A stretch of DNA of 56,081 nucleotides from Clostridia bacterium (GTDB taxonomy: Bacteria; Bacillota; Clostridia; Oscillospirales; Acutalibacteraceae): the NCBI GenBank assembly GCA_017455295.1, contig JAFTBJ010000118.1:1-56081 (forward strand). The letters run 5' to 3'. Below the pieces are notes generated by a model, which saw only the letters and a program-made list of their open reading frames with translations, had not been told where the DNA came from and did not search any database. The position numbers and the translations under genes are program-made. Shown here in pieces: positions 1 through 9,971 of this stretch (its first letter is position 1; every line of letters starts with the position of its first letter).

Positions 1-117
1 CGCCACGGTGTTCCGGCGACGAACGTCGTACAGCGCACATTGGACGATCGCTTTCCGGACGAACGATTGGTCGCCATTTATCCCAATATGATTTTTTTAG
101 ATGCTGCAAAGCAATAG
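1..117 (+). CDS. 3' end of an unidentified CDS entering from upstream (partial)
   Basis: Frame 1 is open from base 1 to TAG 115-117 (...RLVAIYPNMIFLDAAKQ*). A strong hairpin terminator follows directly. Only 38 aa are visible and they carry no recognisable motif. Confidence 0.3.
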   Translation, partial: RHGVPATNVVQRTLDDRFPDERLVAIYPNMIFLDAAKQ

Positions 118-131
118 CATGTGATCCATCG

Positions 132-168
132 AAAACGAGTTGAGAAGATCCTTCTCAACTCGTTTTTT
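132..168. terminator. bidirectional rho-independent terminator between convergent genes
   Basis: Perfect 16-bp inverted repeat AAAACGAGTTGAGAAG / CTTCTCAACTCGTTTT (132-147 / 151-166) with a 3-nt loop. A T-run lies at 163-168 and an A-run on the left gives a U-run for the minus-strand transcript. Confidence 0.7.
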
Positions 169-772
169 GGTCGGTATTGTCGCTGTCTTCCGGACGCGAT
201 TCATGCAGACCGCGGTGGGTGACCAGGCAGAAAACCGTTTGGATCAAGATTTTGACGTCGAGCCAAAATGAAAAATGATCGATATAATACGCGTCGTAAC
301 GGGCTTTGTGCTGAATATCCACGTCGTCCCGCCCGCGTACCTGCGCCAGTCCCGTCAAACCGGGGCGCACCTGATCGGCGCGCAGTCGCTTCCGCTTCAG
401 CAGCAGTTCTACTTCGGCAAGCACCACAGGACGAGGGCCGATGAAGCTCATATCGCCTTTGAGGATGTTCCAAAGCTGCGGCAGTTCGTCGAGACTTGTG
501 TAACGCAGCAGGTGTCCAAATGGCGTGACATAGCGGTTCGCGTCTTTAAAATCCATCGTCGGCATATTCGGCGGCGCGTCCGGATACATGGTGCGGAATT
601 TATACATATAAAACGGATGGCTGAATCGTCCTGCACGCTGCTGACGGAAGATCGGCTGTCCTTTTGTTGTGACGGCGAGGATCAAATAAATCCCCAGCAG
701 CAGCGGCGAAAGCAGGATCAGCAAAAAAAGGGACAGCACAATATCTAGCGCGCGTTTGACGTACCAGTACAA
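155..772 (-). CDS. small phosphoglycosyl (bacterial sugar) transferase, WbaP/PglC/EpsL type
   Basis: Carries [20 protein letters not shown] (membrane hairpin), [27 protein letters not shown] and PGLTGLAQV, the hallmark blocks of the bacterial sugar transferase family. The longest ORF reaches 823 (TTG). GAAAGGAGGG (complement of 781-790) lies 8 nt before a TTG at 772, so 772 is preferred. Confidence 0.85.
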   Translation of the reverse strand: MYWYVKRALDIVLSLFLLILLSPLLLGIYLILAVTTKGQPIFRQQRAGRFSHPFYMYKFRTMYPDAPPNMPTMDFKDANRYVTPFGHLLRYTSLDELPQLWNILKGDMSFIGPRPVVLAEVELLLKRKRLRADQVRPGLTGLAQVRGRDDVDIQHKARYDAYYIDHFSFWLDVKILIQTVFCLVTHRGLHESRPEDSDNTDQKTS

Positions 773-995
773 ATGGCGATCCCTCCTTTCATCCTTCGAG
801 CTTACGAGACAAGTATACCGCAAATCGACAAAATTACAAGTAAAAATTGTCAGCTTTCCCGCTGCAGCTTTGAAAATTCCGTTGTTCCTGCAAAGATCCG
901 GGCTTGCATTTGGCTGTTTTGCACAATAAAAAACATGAATTGTTGTTAAAAAATGATGAATACCGAGATTTCCATATACAAAGTTGAAATATCTC

Positions 996-1024
996 TTGCA
1001 AATCGTTTATGAGGATAGTATAAT
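996..1024 (+). promoter_or_regulatory. sigma-A-type promoter for the rightward sugar transferase
   Basis: TTGCAA (996-1001), a 17-nt spacer, then TATAAT (1019-1024), inside the AT-rich divergent intergenic region 824-1087. Confidence 0.45.
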
Positions 1025-1114
1025 GCCTACAGGCCAAGAAAAACAAAAAAAATTTGGCGTTTAACGATAAATCAAGCACGATAAACGATGTTTCCAAAAA
1101 AGGGGGGAGCGGCG

Positions 1115-1786
1115 ATGCCGAAGGTCATTTCGCTCAATGCGCGGTATGCGGCGCTCAAAACGCCGCGCCGCAGTTTTCTTGTGTTCAAGCGCCTGTGGGA
1201 TATCCTGCTTTCGGCGACGTTGCTTGTGTTGCTCAGCCCGCTGCTGCTCATCTTGACCGTGCTGGCGGCTGTGGATACTCGTTCCCCGTTTTTTGTGCAA
1301 ACGCGGATGGGACGAGGAAAAAAAGAATTCCGCATGATCAAATTTCGCACCATGAGCAAAGATGCGCCGTGCGATGTGGCAACGCATCAGCTTGAAAACC
1401 CCGATCAATACATTTCCGGCATCGGCCATTTTCTTCGTAAATTCAGCTTGGACGAGCTGCCGCAGCTTTGGAATGTTCTCAAAGGCGATATGAGTTTCAT
1501 CGGCCCTCGCCCTGTGGTGCTGACCGAAGAAGAACTGCTTGCCATGCGGGCGCTGCACGGCGCGCAGGAAGTACGTCCCGGCATCACCGGCTTTGCCCAG
1601 ATCCGCGGCCGCGACAATCTGCCGATTGCCCAAAAAGCATTTTTGGATGGGTATTACGCCAGCCACGCTTCTTTGGTTATGGACGTGCGGATTCTTTTGA
1701 AAACGCTGGCCTATGTCCTGTCTTCAAAAGATGTAGTAGAAGGCGTCAACGAAGCGGTGTCCGGCCATATCAACAAAGCCGTTTGA
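1115..1786 (+). CDS. small phosphoglycosyl (bacterial sugar) transferase, paralog of 155-772
   Basis: Carries [48 protein letters not shown] and [18 protein letters not shown] (1101-1109) lies 5 nt before ATG 1115. The ORF-track start at 1088 has no RBS. Confidence 0.85.
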   Translation: MPKVISLNARYAALKTPRRSFLVFKRLWDILLSATLLVLLSPLLLILTVLAAVDTRSPFFVQTRMGRGKKEFRMIKFRTMSKDAPCDVATHQLENPDQYISGIGHFLRKFSLDELPQLWNVLKGDMSFIGPRPVVLTEEELLAMRALHGAQEVRPGITGFAQIRGRDNLPIAQKAFLDGYYASHASLVMDVRILLKTLAYVLSSKDVVEGVNEAVSGHINKAV

Positions 1787-1840
1787 CACCCCGCCCCGCT
1801 TTTCAAACTTTGGGCGCTCTGCGCCGATTTTGATCGACTG

Positions 1841-1868
1841 ATCCGCAGCATTTGCTGCGGATTTTTCT
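1841..1868 (+). terminator. rho-independent terminator
   Basis: ATCCGCAGC / GCTGCGGAT stem (1841-1849 / 1854-1862) followed by TTTTCT. Confidence 0.65.
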
Positions 1869-1963
1869 GTTTATAGACTTGTGCTTTTTGGCAAAATTTG
1901 ATAAAATAAAAAGACAAATCATGAGGCAAAGACGGCTGCAAGCGATGAAATGGGGGCGTAAAA

Positions 1964-3229
1964 ATGAAAGGTTTTTGGAAGGCGGGAGCGGCATGCGTTC
2001 TGGCGGTGTGTTTGGCGATGACGGGGACGGCGGAAACCATGCAGAATGTGACAACAGAAAAAAACTATGCCGCAAACGGCGTGACTGTTACGCGCACTGC
2101 CGCATCCACACTGGCCGGGCCGCAGACGATCACAACCGTAACGGCGGAAAAAGGGTATCAATTTGTGATCGGCGGCACAGCACGGGGGCGGCATCTGGTG
2201 CCCGACATGGCGCAGGCGGCAACCGAAGCAGGCTATGATGTCGCTGCGGCGATCAACGGCGACCATTTTTCGTTCCAAACCGGGGTGCCGCTCGGCATGG
2301 CGGTGTCTGAAGGCCGCCTGGTCGTCAATCCGGTTGCGCCGGAGGATGCGGACGAATATCTCTTTCACGCACTCGGCATCACGCGGGATGGGCGGGTGCT
2401 GGTTGGTGAGAATCCGCAGTTGACCATGACCTATACCGTAGAGGGTGAGACGTACGCCATCGATCGCATCAACCGCACCCGGGAATCGTGGCCGGGTGCA
2501 CAGCTTTGCTTGTATACCTCCGATTACGGGGCTTCCACGGGAACATCCGGCATGGGCGTGGAGATGGTTGTTCGACTGGATGAGGAGATCGCCGCCGGAA
2601 AAACGCTGACCGGTACGGTGACGGCGATTGATGAAACGCACGATACTCCGCTCGAGCCGGGGACGGTCGTGTTGTCGGCCGATCCGCTGCGCTGCGGTGA
2701 TTTGCAGGCGGCGGTCGGGGAGACGATTGTGTTTTCGTTTTCCTTTGATGATGAGGCGTGGAACGACGTATGGTTTGCCATCGGCGGCGGTTCGGTCGCG
2801 GTCGAAAACGGGCAGGCGATCACCTATGACTATACGCTCGACGTGTTTGCAGAAGCGGCGCCGCGTTCGGCTATTGGTGTGAAAGCAGACGGTACGCTGG
2901 TGATGGTGGCCGTGGATGGGCGACAGGATAGCAGCGTCGGCCTTTCTGCCAACGACATGGCCGCTTATCTGGCAGAAAATCTGCATTGTGAATATGCGCT
3001 CTTGCTGGACGGAGGTGGGTCGACCGCACTTGCCGCAGTATCGGAAGACGGATTCATGTTGTGGAATACTCCGTCGGAAGAGCGCTCGGTCGGTAATGGC
3101 GTGCTGTTGGTGCGGGCGACGGCGGGCGGCATCGACTGGTTGCCGTTTACTGTGTTGGCCGTTGTGCTGCTCGGCGCAGCCGTCACGCTGTTTGTAGTGT
3201 TTCGCAAACGAAAAACGCCGCAAAGATAG
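1964..3229 (+). CDS. phosphodiester glycosidase family protein (NAGPA/DUF2233-like) with signal peptide and C-terminal TM anchor
   Basis: Carries INGDHFSF, RSAIGVKADGTLVMVAVDGRQ and ALLLDGGGSTAL, which are typical of the phosphodiester glycosidase domain. N-terminal signal is MKGFWKAGAACVLAVCLAMTG. C-terminal helix is LPFTVLAVVLLGAAVTLFVVF followed by RKRK. Confidence 0.7.
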   Translation: MKGFWKAGAACVLAVCLAMTGTAETMQNVTTEKNYAANGVTVTRTAASTLAGPQTITTVTAEKGYQFVIGGTARGRHLVPDMAQAATEAGYDVAAAINGDHFSFQTGVPLGMAVSEGRLVVNPVAPEDADEYLFHALGITRDGRVLVGENPQLTMTYTVEGETYAIDRINRTRESWPGAQLCLYTSDYGASTGTSGMGVEMVVRLDEEIAAGKTLTGTVTAIDETHDTPLEPGTVVLSADPLRCGDLQAAVGETIVFSFSFDDEAWNDVWFAIGGGSVAVENGQAITYDYTLDVFAEAAPRSAIGVKADGTLVMVAVDGRQDSSVGLSANDMAAYLAENLHCEYALLLDGGGSTALAAVSEDGFMLWNTPSEERSVGNGVLLVRATAGGIDWLPFTVLAVVLLGAAVTLFVVFRKRKTPQR

Positions 3230-3537
3230 TAAAAACGCCCAATAATGACGCTCGCGTTTTGGCAACCTTGGCATTATGACGAATACCCCAAAGAGGGCAC
3301 CTCGTCAAAATGGCCAAAATATGAACAAAAATTCTGGACATATTGCCTGTGTATATGCGGAACAGTGACAAAATTTGCCGGATATGGCAGTTTAGATTAA
3401 CAGAATAAACATTTTCGTGTATTGTACAAAATGATAAATCCGTATATCATATACTTATGAAATCCTGTCTATTTGTCCTATTTTGAGAAGACGGCAACCG
3501 ACTTGACACCGTATTCTGTTTGGAAAGGCACAATGAG

Positions 3538-4434
3538 ATGACCAACCGCCTGATTTTCGGAAAACGCTACGAATATAATAACGAATACTTTTCCAATCCG
3601 CTGAAGTTCCATTTTGCGGAGCTGTATCAAATCGGCGAATTGTTTTGCGAAGCCGGCTTCCAGATTGAGGAACACGACCAGACGTCGTATGAAATCTCCT
3701 ACATCGTCACCGGCAAAGGCACGTTCATTGTAGACGGACGGGAATATGAGGTTTCGGAAAACGACGTGTTCATCAACGTTCCTGGTCAGCACCATGCGAT
3801 CCGAGCCGATCGCGGCACCCCGCTTCGCTTTTGTTATCTGGCGTTTGCCTTCTCTGGCAAACAGGCGGCGGATCCGGAACTCGAACGATTTTACCGCCAT
3901 TTCAAAAGCATGTACACCGTGGCGGATAAAGATATGCTCGCGCCGTTTTCGGCGGCGTTTGACGAATTGCAGACCAAAAGCGATTTTTATATGGCGATGG
4001 TGGGAGCCTATGTTGAACAGATCATCATCGGCGCCTATCGCTCGTTCAGTCGGCAAAGCGTCAAGCAAAAATCGGCTTCCGGGGTTGAGACCCGGATGGG
4101 CAGCGCCGCCTATACGATCATGCGGTATATCGACACCCACTATCGTGACATCACCGATATACGGGCGCTCGCTCGTCAGCTCGGGTACAGCTACACCTAT
4201 CTGGCGCACGTCTTCAAAGAAAAAACCGATATGACCATCGGTGCGTATATCATCCGCAAAAAAATGGAGGAAGCCAAATGGCTGCTCCGCACCGGCCGGA
4301 TGAACGTGTCACAGGTGGCGGCGCGACTGAATTATATGTCGGTGCAGTCTTTTTCCAACAGCTTCAAGCACGCTGTCGGCATTTCCCCGGCGGAGTATCA
4401 AAACCTGCCCGCCGACGAAGCGGCCAAGTATTGA
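3538..4434 (+). CDS. AraC family transcriptional regulator (cupin sensor plus AraC HTH)
   Basis: The N-terminal cupin-like part reads GKGTFIVDGREYEVSENDVFINVPGQHHAI. The C-terminal AraC HTH reads LARQLGYSYTYLAHVFKEKT...VSQVAARLNYMSVQSFSNSFKHAVGISPAEY. GGAAAGG lies upstream of ATG 3538. The track start 3520 is a TTG. Confidence 0.85.
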   Translation: MTNRLIFGKRYEYNNEYFSNPLKFHFAELYQIGELFCEAGFQIEEHDQTSYEISYIVTGKGTFIVDGREYEVSENDVFINVPGQHHAIRADRGTPLRFCYLAFAFSGKQAADPELERFYRHFKSMYTVADKDMLAPFSAAFDELQTKSDFYMAMVGAYVEQIIIGAYRSFSRQSVKQKSASGVETRMGSAAYTIMRYIDTHYRDITDIRALARQLGYSYTYLAHVFKEKTDMTIGAYIIRKKMEEAKWLLRTGRMNVSQVAARLNYMSVQSFSNSFKHAVGISPAEYQNLPADEAAKY

Positions 4435-4516
4435 ATTTTTGTTTTGGCATTAGAAGGCGACTGCCTTATTAATGTATATAAAGAAAGGCAATTTTTGAAA
4501 AGGAGAGTGACCTACC

Positions 4517-5998
4517 TTGAAAAGAGTATTGTGCGCCATTCTGGCGGTGGCAATGCTACTGGCTTTGACGGCCTGCGATACGGGCAGCGGTTCGCAATCG
4601 AATCCGGTTGACGATCCGGAGTATTTCAACGCTCGCACGGCAGTCGGTGACTACAGTGACGGCATTACCCTGCCGAACCTGGATGATGCGAAGGTCAGTG
4701 TTATGATGAGCATTGACTGGAACTATCTGGAGACGAACAACGATCCGGATGATCCGTTTGCGCAGTATCAGGCGACCCTGATCTGGCGTGACGTGTATTC
4801 GGACATGGAAGGCGACGTGACCGTCGTCACCATTTCCGACGAGCAGCAGACCGACTATCTGGCGACCCAGACCGCGTCGGGCACCGCGCCGGACATCATC
4901 CCCTGCAACTATGACCTGACCTATCCGAAGTGGAACGCGGCCGGCTTGACGGCTTCCATCGATCAGTATGCGGCTTATCTGCAGCTGGATGCGAAAGACC
5001 CGACCGATCCCGAGAAAGACCTGTACAGCCATGAGATGATGTCGCAGTTCTTCCAGTGGGGCGGCGAGAGCCATGGTGCGATCACCCTTTCTCAGCCGAA
5101 CCGCGACTACATCGTCTACAACAAGACCAAGTTTGAGCAAGCTGGTCAAAAGAACCCGCTCGAGCTGTGGCAGGAAGGTCAATGGACTTGGACGCAATTC
5201 GTCAAGACGGCGAAAGCGATGACCAACGATAAAGACTTCGGCTTTACCGGTTGGGGCCTGTTCCCGTACTTTGCACCGTACAGCATGCTCAAGCTGGACG
5301 AAGAGAACCATGTATCTCTCGAGATCGACGATCCGAAATACATGCGCTTCATGACCGAGGTTTACAACCTCTATCAAACCGTGGGCGCGGCCCGCAACAC
5401 CAACGATGACCTGCAGCTGTGGAGCACGCTGTTCCCGGCTGGCACCGACGCGATGATCATCACCAGCATGTCTGGCTACAAGAGAGTGTCGGATGCGGCT
5501 CGCAAGCAGGAAGGCGACACCTTCGGTATCGCGCCGCTGCCGGTGTTCGATCCGAACGGCGAAACCACGCCGATCACCCCGGTCAGCCTGTGGGCATATT
5601 CCCTCTCCTCTGCGGCGAAGAACCCGATCGGCGCTTGCGCGTACATCCGTCTGGAGACGCTGGTCAGCCGCAATATCACCAAGGCGCTTAAAGGCACGAC
5701 CTGGAGCGATACGAACCTGACCGACGAAGAGAAAGAAATGCTCGAAGCGGTTGAGGAATATCCGATGGTGGTCGAACTGGCGCGCGGCGTCGGCGACTGC
5801 TACAGCACGATCGATACCTACATCGTGCCGCCCATCTATTACGGCCAGACCGATAGCTCCGTGCAGGCGGTGTTTGATGCTCAGAAACCCACGCTGCAAG
5901 CGGCGGTTGACGAGTTCAACGAGATGGTCGACGAAACGGCTGCGGAAATCGAAGCCGAAAGAGAAAAAGCTGCCGAAAAGGCGGCCGCTGCTGAATAA
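4517..5998 (+). CDS. ABC transporter extracellular solute-binding lipoprotein (sugar type)
   Basis: TTG start with AAAGGAGAG upstream. Lipobox is LLALTAC. Size and composition fit family-1 sugar-binding proteins. The C-terminal tail is charged and Ala/Glu-rich. It lies directly upstream of the permease genes. Confidence 0.75.
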   Translation: MKRVLCAILAVAMLLALTACDTGSGSQSNPVDDPEYFNARTAVGDYSDGITLPNLDDAKVSVMMSIDWNYLETNNDPDDPFAQYQATLIWRDVYSDMEGDVTVVTISDEQQTDYLATQTASGTAPDIIPCNYDLTYPKWNAAGLTASIDQYAAYLQLDAKDPTDPEKDLYSHEMMSQFFQWGGESHGAITLSQPNRDYIVYNKTKFEQAGQKNPLELWQEGQWTWTQFVKTAKAMTNDKDFGFTGWGLFPYFAPYSMLKLDEENHVSLEIDDPKYMRFMTEVYNLYQTVGAARNTNDDLQLWSTLFPAGTDAMIITSMSGYKRVSDAARKQEGDTFGIAPLPVFDPNGETTPITPVSLWAYSLSSAAKNPIGACAYIRLETLVSRNITKALKGTTWSDTNLTDEEKEMLEAVEEYPMVVELARGVGDCYSTIDTYIVPPIYYGQTDSSVQAVFDAQKPTLQAAVDEFNEMVDETAAEIEAEREKAAEKAAAAE

Positions 5999-6016
5999 GC
6001 AACTTTGTTTACCGAC

Positions 6017-6048
6017 CGCACAGGGGCAGGCATGCCTGCCCCTGTGCG
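6017..6048 (+). promoter_or_regulatory. intercistronic GC-rich stem-loop (attenuator or mRNA-stabilising hairpin)
   Basis: Perfect 14-bp stem CGCACAGGGGCAGG / CCTGCCCCTGTGCG with a CATG loop. There is no clean U-tract, so it is not a canonical terminator. It sits just after the binding-protein gene, a common position for differential-expression hairpins. Confidence 0.5.
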
Positions 6049-6079
6049 TGGTAAAATTTCCGAAAGGAGAACAGATCTT

Positions 6080-9025
6080 ATGAAACTAATGCGCCTGTTG
6101 TCGTGCATCATGGCAGTGCTGATCCTGATTTCTGCCATACCGGCGCTGTCTGCCGCCGCAGTAGGAGAGGATGACGTGTCCGAACCCGCTGACGAGGCTG
6201 TTCTCACGGAAGACGTGGCGGCGGAAGAAGCGACGGATACTTCCGAGGACGCGGACGAGGATGAGGACGAAGAAAGCAAAGGCGTCCCGTCCTATGAGGA
6301 CTATCTATTTGAATATACGGAAACGGATATCGATCCCGATCCGATCGTGTTGACGAAGACTGCTGTCAAAGCGGACGACGCCAACGCTGTTGTGTTGCCC
6401 TTTACCGTTGCGGAAGAGGGCTATTATTCGTTGTCGTTTGACTACCAATACATCGTCGAAGGCAACAAAAACACCAAATACGACGTGCTGATCGACGGCA
6501 AATTGCCGTTCAGCGAGGTGTCTTCTTTGACGCTGAGCCGTATGTGGACCAATGAAACGGAAATCGTTGAGGATGCGAACGGAGACGACGTCAACCCGAA
6601 GCAGGTTGAGGCACTTTTCTGGCGTTCGTATACTCTCTATGATAAAGAAGGGTATTATAAAGATCCGCTGCAGTTTTATCTGACGGCTGGCGCGCACACG
6701 CTGACGTTGCAGATGACCAGCAACCAGGTATCGCTGCAAAACGTCGTGTTTACCGGCAAAGCCCCCCTTGACAGCTACAGCGCGTATCTGCGCGAGCATA
6801 GTTCCGCCAAAACATATGACGGTGAGAACATTGTGATCCAGGGTGAAGCGGCACTATATAAATCCGAAATGTACCTGATCGCGCAAAACGATATCACCAA
6901 CCCGCTGACCCAGCCGTACAGCCCCGCCAAGATCAAGCTCAACACCTTCGGCGGCGCCAACTGGAAGCTGACGGGCGAGACGGCGTATTGGGTGTTTGAT
7001 GCGCCGCAGGCCGGCCTTTATCGCCTGGCGATCCGCTACCGTCAAAACATGTATGACGGCGTGGCGGCACACCGCCGGCTGTATGTCAACGGCGAGGTGC
7101 CGTTTGCCGAAGCGAACATGCTGCAGTTCGGCTACAGCACGCAGTGGCAGGTGCTGACGTTGGGCGGCGATGAGCCGCTGTGCGTCTACCTCGAAAAGGG
7201 CGAGAACCAAATTGCTTTGGAAGTGCTGCTCGGCGACTCGGCGCACATTGCGCAGGAGCTGCAGGCGTCGGTGCGCGAGCTCAACAACATCTATCGCCAG
7301 ATCATCATGCTGACCGGCAGCTCGCCGGATGATTTCCGCGACTACAACGTCCCGGAGAACCTCCCCGATCTGGTGGATACCTTCAAAAAAGACGTTAAGA
7401 CGAAAGATTATGTATACGACGAGGACGGCAACAAAGTCACCTCTAAAAAAGGCCTGCTGCATATTGCCAAAGATCGCTTGGATAGCATCTCCGCCGAGAT
7501 CGGCGAGAAGTACGGCGAAAAGAGTTCTTTGATCGCTAAGATCCAAAATATTACTCGTCAGATCCAGTTGATGATCGATCGCCCGGACAACATTGCCAAG
7601 AGTGATCGCCTCAGCGCGTTCAAGGGCAACATCAGTACGGTCGGTTCGTGGATTTCGATGTTCTGCGAGCAGCCGCTTGAAATTGACCGAATCGAACTCT
7701 TCGGCGAAAACAGCGAGGCGCCGCGAGCGGACGCCAATTTCGGCGAAGGCATCGCGCATTCTTATAATCGCTTTATCGCGTCCTTTACCGAAGACTATTC
7801 TTCGATGGGCTCCATCGAGGGCAAACAGAGCTCGGTCAAGGTCTGGATTCAGGCCGGTCGCGACCAGGCGAACGTTCTCAAACAGCAGATTACGTCGAGC
7901 TTCACGCCGAACACCGGCATCGGCGTCAATCTGGAGCTGGTTACCGGCGCCATCATTGAGGCGACGCTCGCCGGCAAAGGCCCGGACATCGCGCTCACCC
8001 GTCCTGTGACCGATCCGGTCAACTTCGCGATGAGAAACGCGCTGTACGACCTGTCCTCTTTTGATGATTATGAAGAGGTCACAACGAACTTTACCGACGG
8101 CGCCATGATCCCGTTCCAATATAAAGGCGGGGTGTATGCGCTGCCAGAAACCATGACCTATCAAATGATGTTCTGCCGCACCGATATTCTGGAAGAACTT
8201 GGCATCGAAGTTCCCAAAACGTGGAACGAACTGCTTACCGAAGTGTACCCGATCGTCAGCCGCAGCAATATGCAGGTCGGCGTCGGCAACATGAACCAGA
8301 TCTCGGTCATGAATGCGTCGAACATCTTCACCAACCTGCTCTATCAAATGGGCGGTCAAATCTACAACGATGATTTGACGGCGACTGCGCTGGATACGCA
8401 GGTTTCCTATACAGCGTTTAATATGGCGGTCGAGATGTATTCCGATTATCTGTTCCCGCAGGAATACGATGCGATGAGCCGTTTCCGTACCGGTGAGATG
8501 CCGATCCTGCTTGCCGACTACACCATGTACAACGTGTTCTCCCTCTCCATTCCGGAATTGAACGGCGTGTGGGAGATGTACCCGATCCCTGGCGTACTGC
8601 AGGAGGACGGAACGATTAACAACGATCAGGCCGCCACCGAGACGGCGTCCGTGATGTTCAAGAATATCGCGGATCCCGAAGCCGGTTGGGAATTCCTGAA
8701 ATGGTGGGTCAGCGACGATACGCAGGCGGACTTCGGCACCCGCATCGAAGCGGTGCTCGGATCCGGCGGCCGTTACGCCACCGCGAACAACGACGCGATG
8801 GAACAGCTGCCCTGGGATGAATCGCAGTTGAACGCGCTGAACGAACAAATGGAAAACCTCGTGTTTGTTGAGCAGCTGCCCGGCAGCTACTTCACCTCGA
8901 GAGCGATCAACAGTGCCTTTATGACCTCCGTTTTGAACTCGAAGAACCCCACGGAACAGCTCCTCTATTGGAGTGAGCAGATCAACCTGGAGCTCAAGAG
9001 AAAGATCGCGGAATTTTCGGATTGA
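6080..9025 (+). CDS. very large (981 aa) secreted solute-binding-like protein with an N-terminal non-SBP module
   Basis: AGGAGA RBS precedes ATG 6080. Signal peptide is MKLMRLLSCIMAVLILISAIPALSAAA, followed by an acidic linker. The roughly 450-aa C-terminal part resembles sugar SBPs (VWIQAGRDQANVLKQ..., GKGPDIAL, PETMTYQMMFCRTDILEELG). The roughly 400-aa N-terminal part is beta-rich and CBM-like, of unknown family. Confidence 0.7.
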   Translation: MKLMRLLSCIMAVLILISAIPALSAAAVGEDDVSEPADEAVLTEDVAAEEATDTSEDADEDEDEESKGVPSYEDYLFEYTETDIDPDPIVLTKTAVKADDANAVVLPFTVAEEGYYSLSFDYQYIVEGNKNTKYDVLIDGKLPFSEVSSLTLSRMWTNETEIVEDANGDDVNPKQVEALFWRSYTLYDKEGYYKDPLQFYLTAGAHTLTLQMTSNQVSLQNVVFTGKAPLDSYSAYLREHSSAKTYDGENIVIQGEAALYKSEMYLIAQNDITNPLTQPYSPAKIKLNTFGGANWKLTGETAYWVFDAPQAGLYRLAIRYRQNMYDGVAAHRRLYVNGEVPFAEANMLQFGYSTQWQVLTLGGDEPLCVYLEKGENQIALEVLLGDSAHIAQELQASVRELNNIYRQIIMLTGSSPDDFRDYNVPENLPDLVDTFKKDVKTKDYVYDEDGNKVTSKKGLLHIAKDRLDSISAEIGEKYGEKSSLIAKIQNITRQIQLMIDRPDNIAKSDRLSAFKGNISTVGSWISMFCEQPLEIDRIELFGENSEAPRADANFGEGIAHSYNRFIASFTEDYSSMGSIEGKQSSVKVWIQAGRDQANVLKQQITSSFTPNTGIGVNLELVTGAIIEATLAGKGPDIALTRPVTDPVNFAMRNALYDLSSFDDYEEVTTNFTDGAMIPFQYKGGVYALPETMTYQMMFCRTDILEELGIEVPKTWNELLTEVYPIVSRSNMQVGVGNMNQISVMNASNIFTNLLYQMGGQIYNDDLTATALDTQVSYTAFNMAVEMYSDYLFPQEYDAMSRFRTGEMPILLADYTMYNVFSLSIPELNGVWEMYPIPGVLQEDGTINNDQAATETASVMFKNIADPEAGWEFLKWWVSDDTQADFGTRIEAVLGSGGRYATANNDAMEQLPWDESQLNALNEQMENLVFVEQLPGSYFTSRAINSAFMTSVLNSKNPTEQLLYWSEQINLELKRKIAEFSD

Positions 9026-9055
9026 CGATAACGAGAGAAAAGGAGGTATGAGGAT

Positions 9056-9955
9056 ATGAAGATTAAAAGAGAGCATTCTCTTGGACGGCGCATACGAAAA
9101 AGCACAGCGTCTTACGTGATGGTTCTGCCGTTCATGGCCTGCTTTGTGATCTTTACGGTGTTGCCGGTTTTGGCGGCTATCGCGCTCAGCTTTACGAACT
9201 TCAACATGCTGGAAGCGCCGACCTTCGCCTTTATCGACAACTACACCCGGCTGTTTCAGGATGATATCTTCCTGATCGCCTTCAAAAACACGATGATCCT
9301 CGCGTTTTTGTGCGGCCCTTTGAGTTACATTTTCTCTTTCTTGATGGCCTGGGTCATCAACGAAATGCCCAAAAAGCTGCGCGTGTTCATGACCATCGTG
9401 TTCTATGCCCCATCGGTGTCCGCCAACGTCTACTTCATCTGGACGTATCTGTTCTCCGGTGACTCCTACGGTATCGTCAACGCGGCGCTCCTGCAGCTCG
9501 GCATCATTCGTGAGCCGGTGCTGTGGCTGACCGACCCGAACTACAACATGGCCATCGTCATTGTGGTGCAGCTGTGGCTGTCACTCGGTATCAGCTTCCT
9601 GTCCTTCATCGCCGGTTTCCAAGGCGTGGACGCGTCGCAATATGAAGCGGGCGCGATCGACGGTATCAAAAACCGGTTCCAGGAGCTGTGGTACATTACC
9701 ATCCCGAACATGAAGAGCATGATGCTCTTCGGTGCGGTCATGCAGATCGCGTCGTCCTTCTCCTGCGGTCAGGTGTCGCAGGATTTGACGGGTGGTTATC
9801 AATCGGTCAACTATTCGACCATGACCATGCTAAACTATATTACCGACTATGGTTCGGTTCGTTACGAGATGGGCTATGCCTGCTGTATCGGTGTGGTGCT
9901 GTTCATCTTGATCGTGCTTAGTAAAAAACTGATCTTCCGTTTGTTGAAGTGGTAA
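9056..9955 (+). CDS. sugar ABC transporter permease (MalF/LplB-like)
   Basis: Six predicted TM segments. The EAA-type loop reads DASQYEAGAIDGIKNRFQELWYITIPNM. AGGAGG RBS is present. Confidence 0.9.
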   Translation: MKIKREHSLGRRIRKSTASYVMVLPFMACFVIFTVLPVLAAIALSFTNFNMLEAPTFAFIDNYTRLFQDDIFLIAFKNTMILAFLCGPLSYIFSFLMAWVINEMPKKLRVFMTIVFYAPSVSANVYFIWTYLFSGDSYGIVNAALLQLGIIREPVLWLTDPNYNMAIVIVVQLWLSLGISFLSFIAGFQGVDASQYEAGAIDGIKNRFQELWYITIPNMKSMMLFGAVMQIASSFSCGQVSQDLTGGYQSVNYSTMTMLNYITDYGSVRYEMGYACCIGVVLFILIVLSKKLIFRLLKW

Positions 9956-9971
9956 GAAAGGGGGAGGAAAC

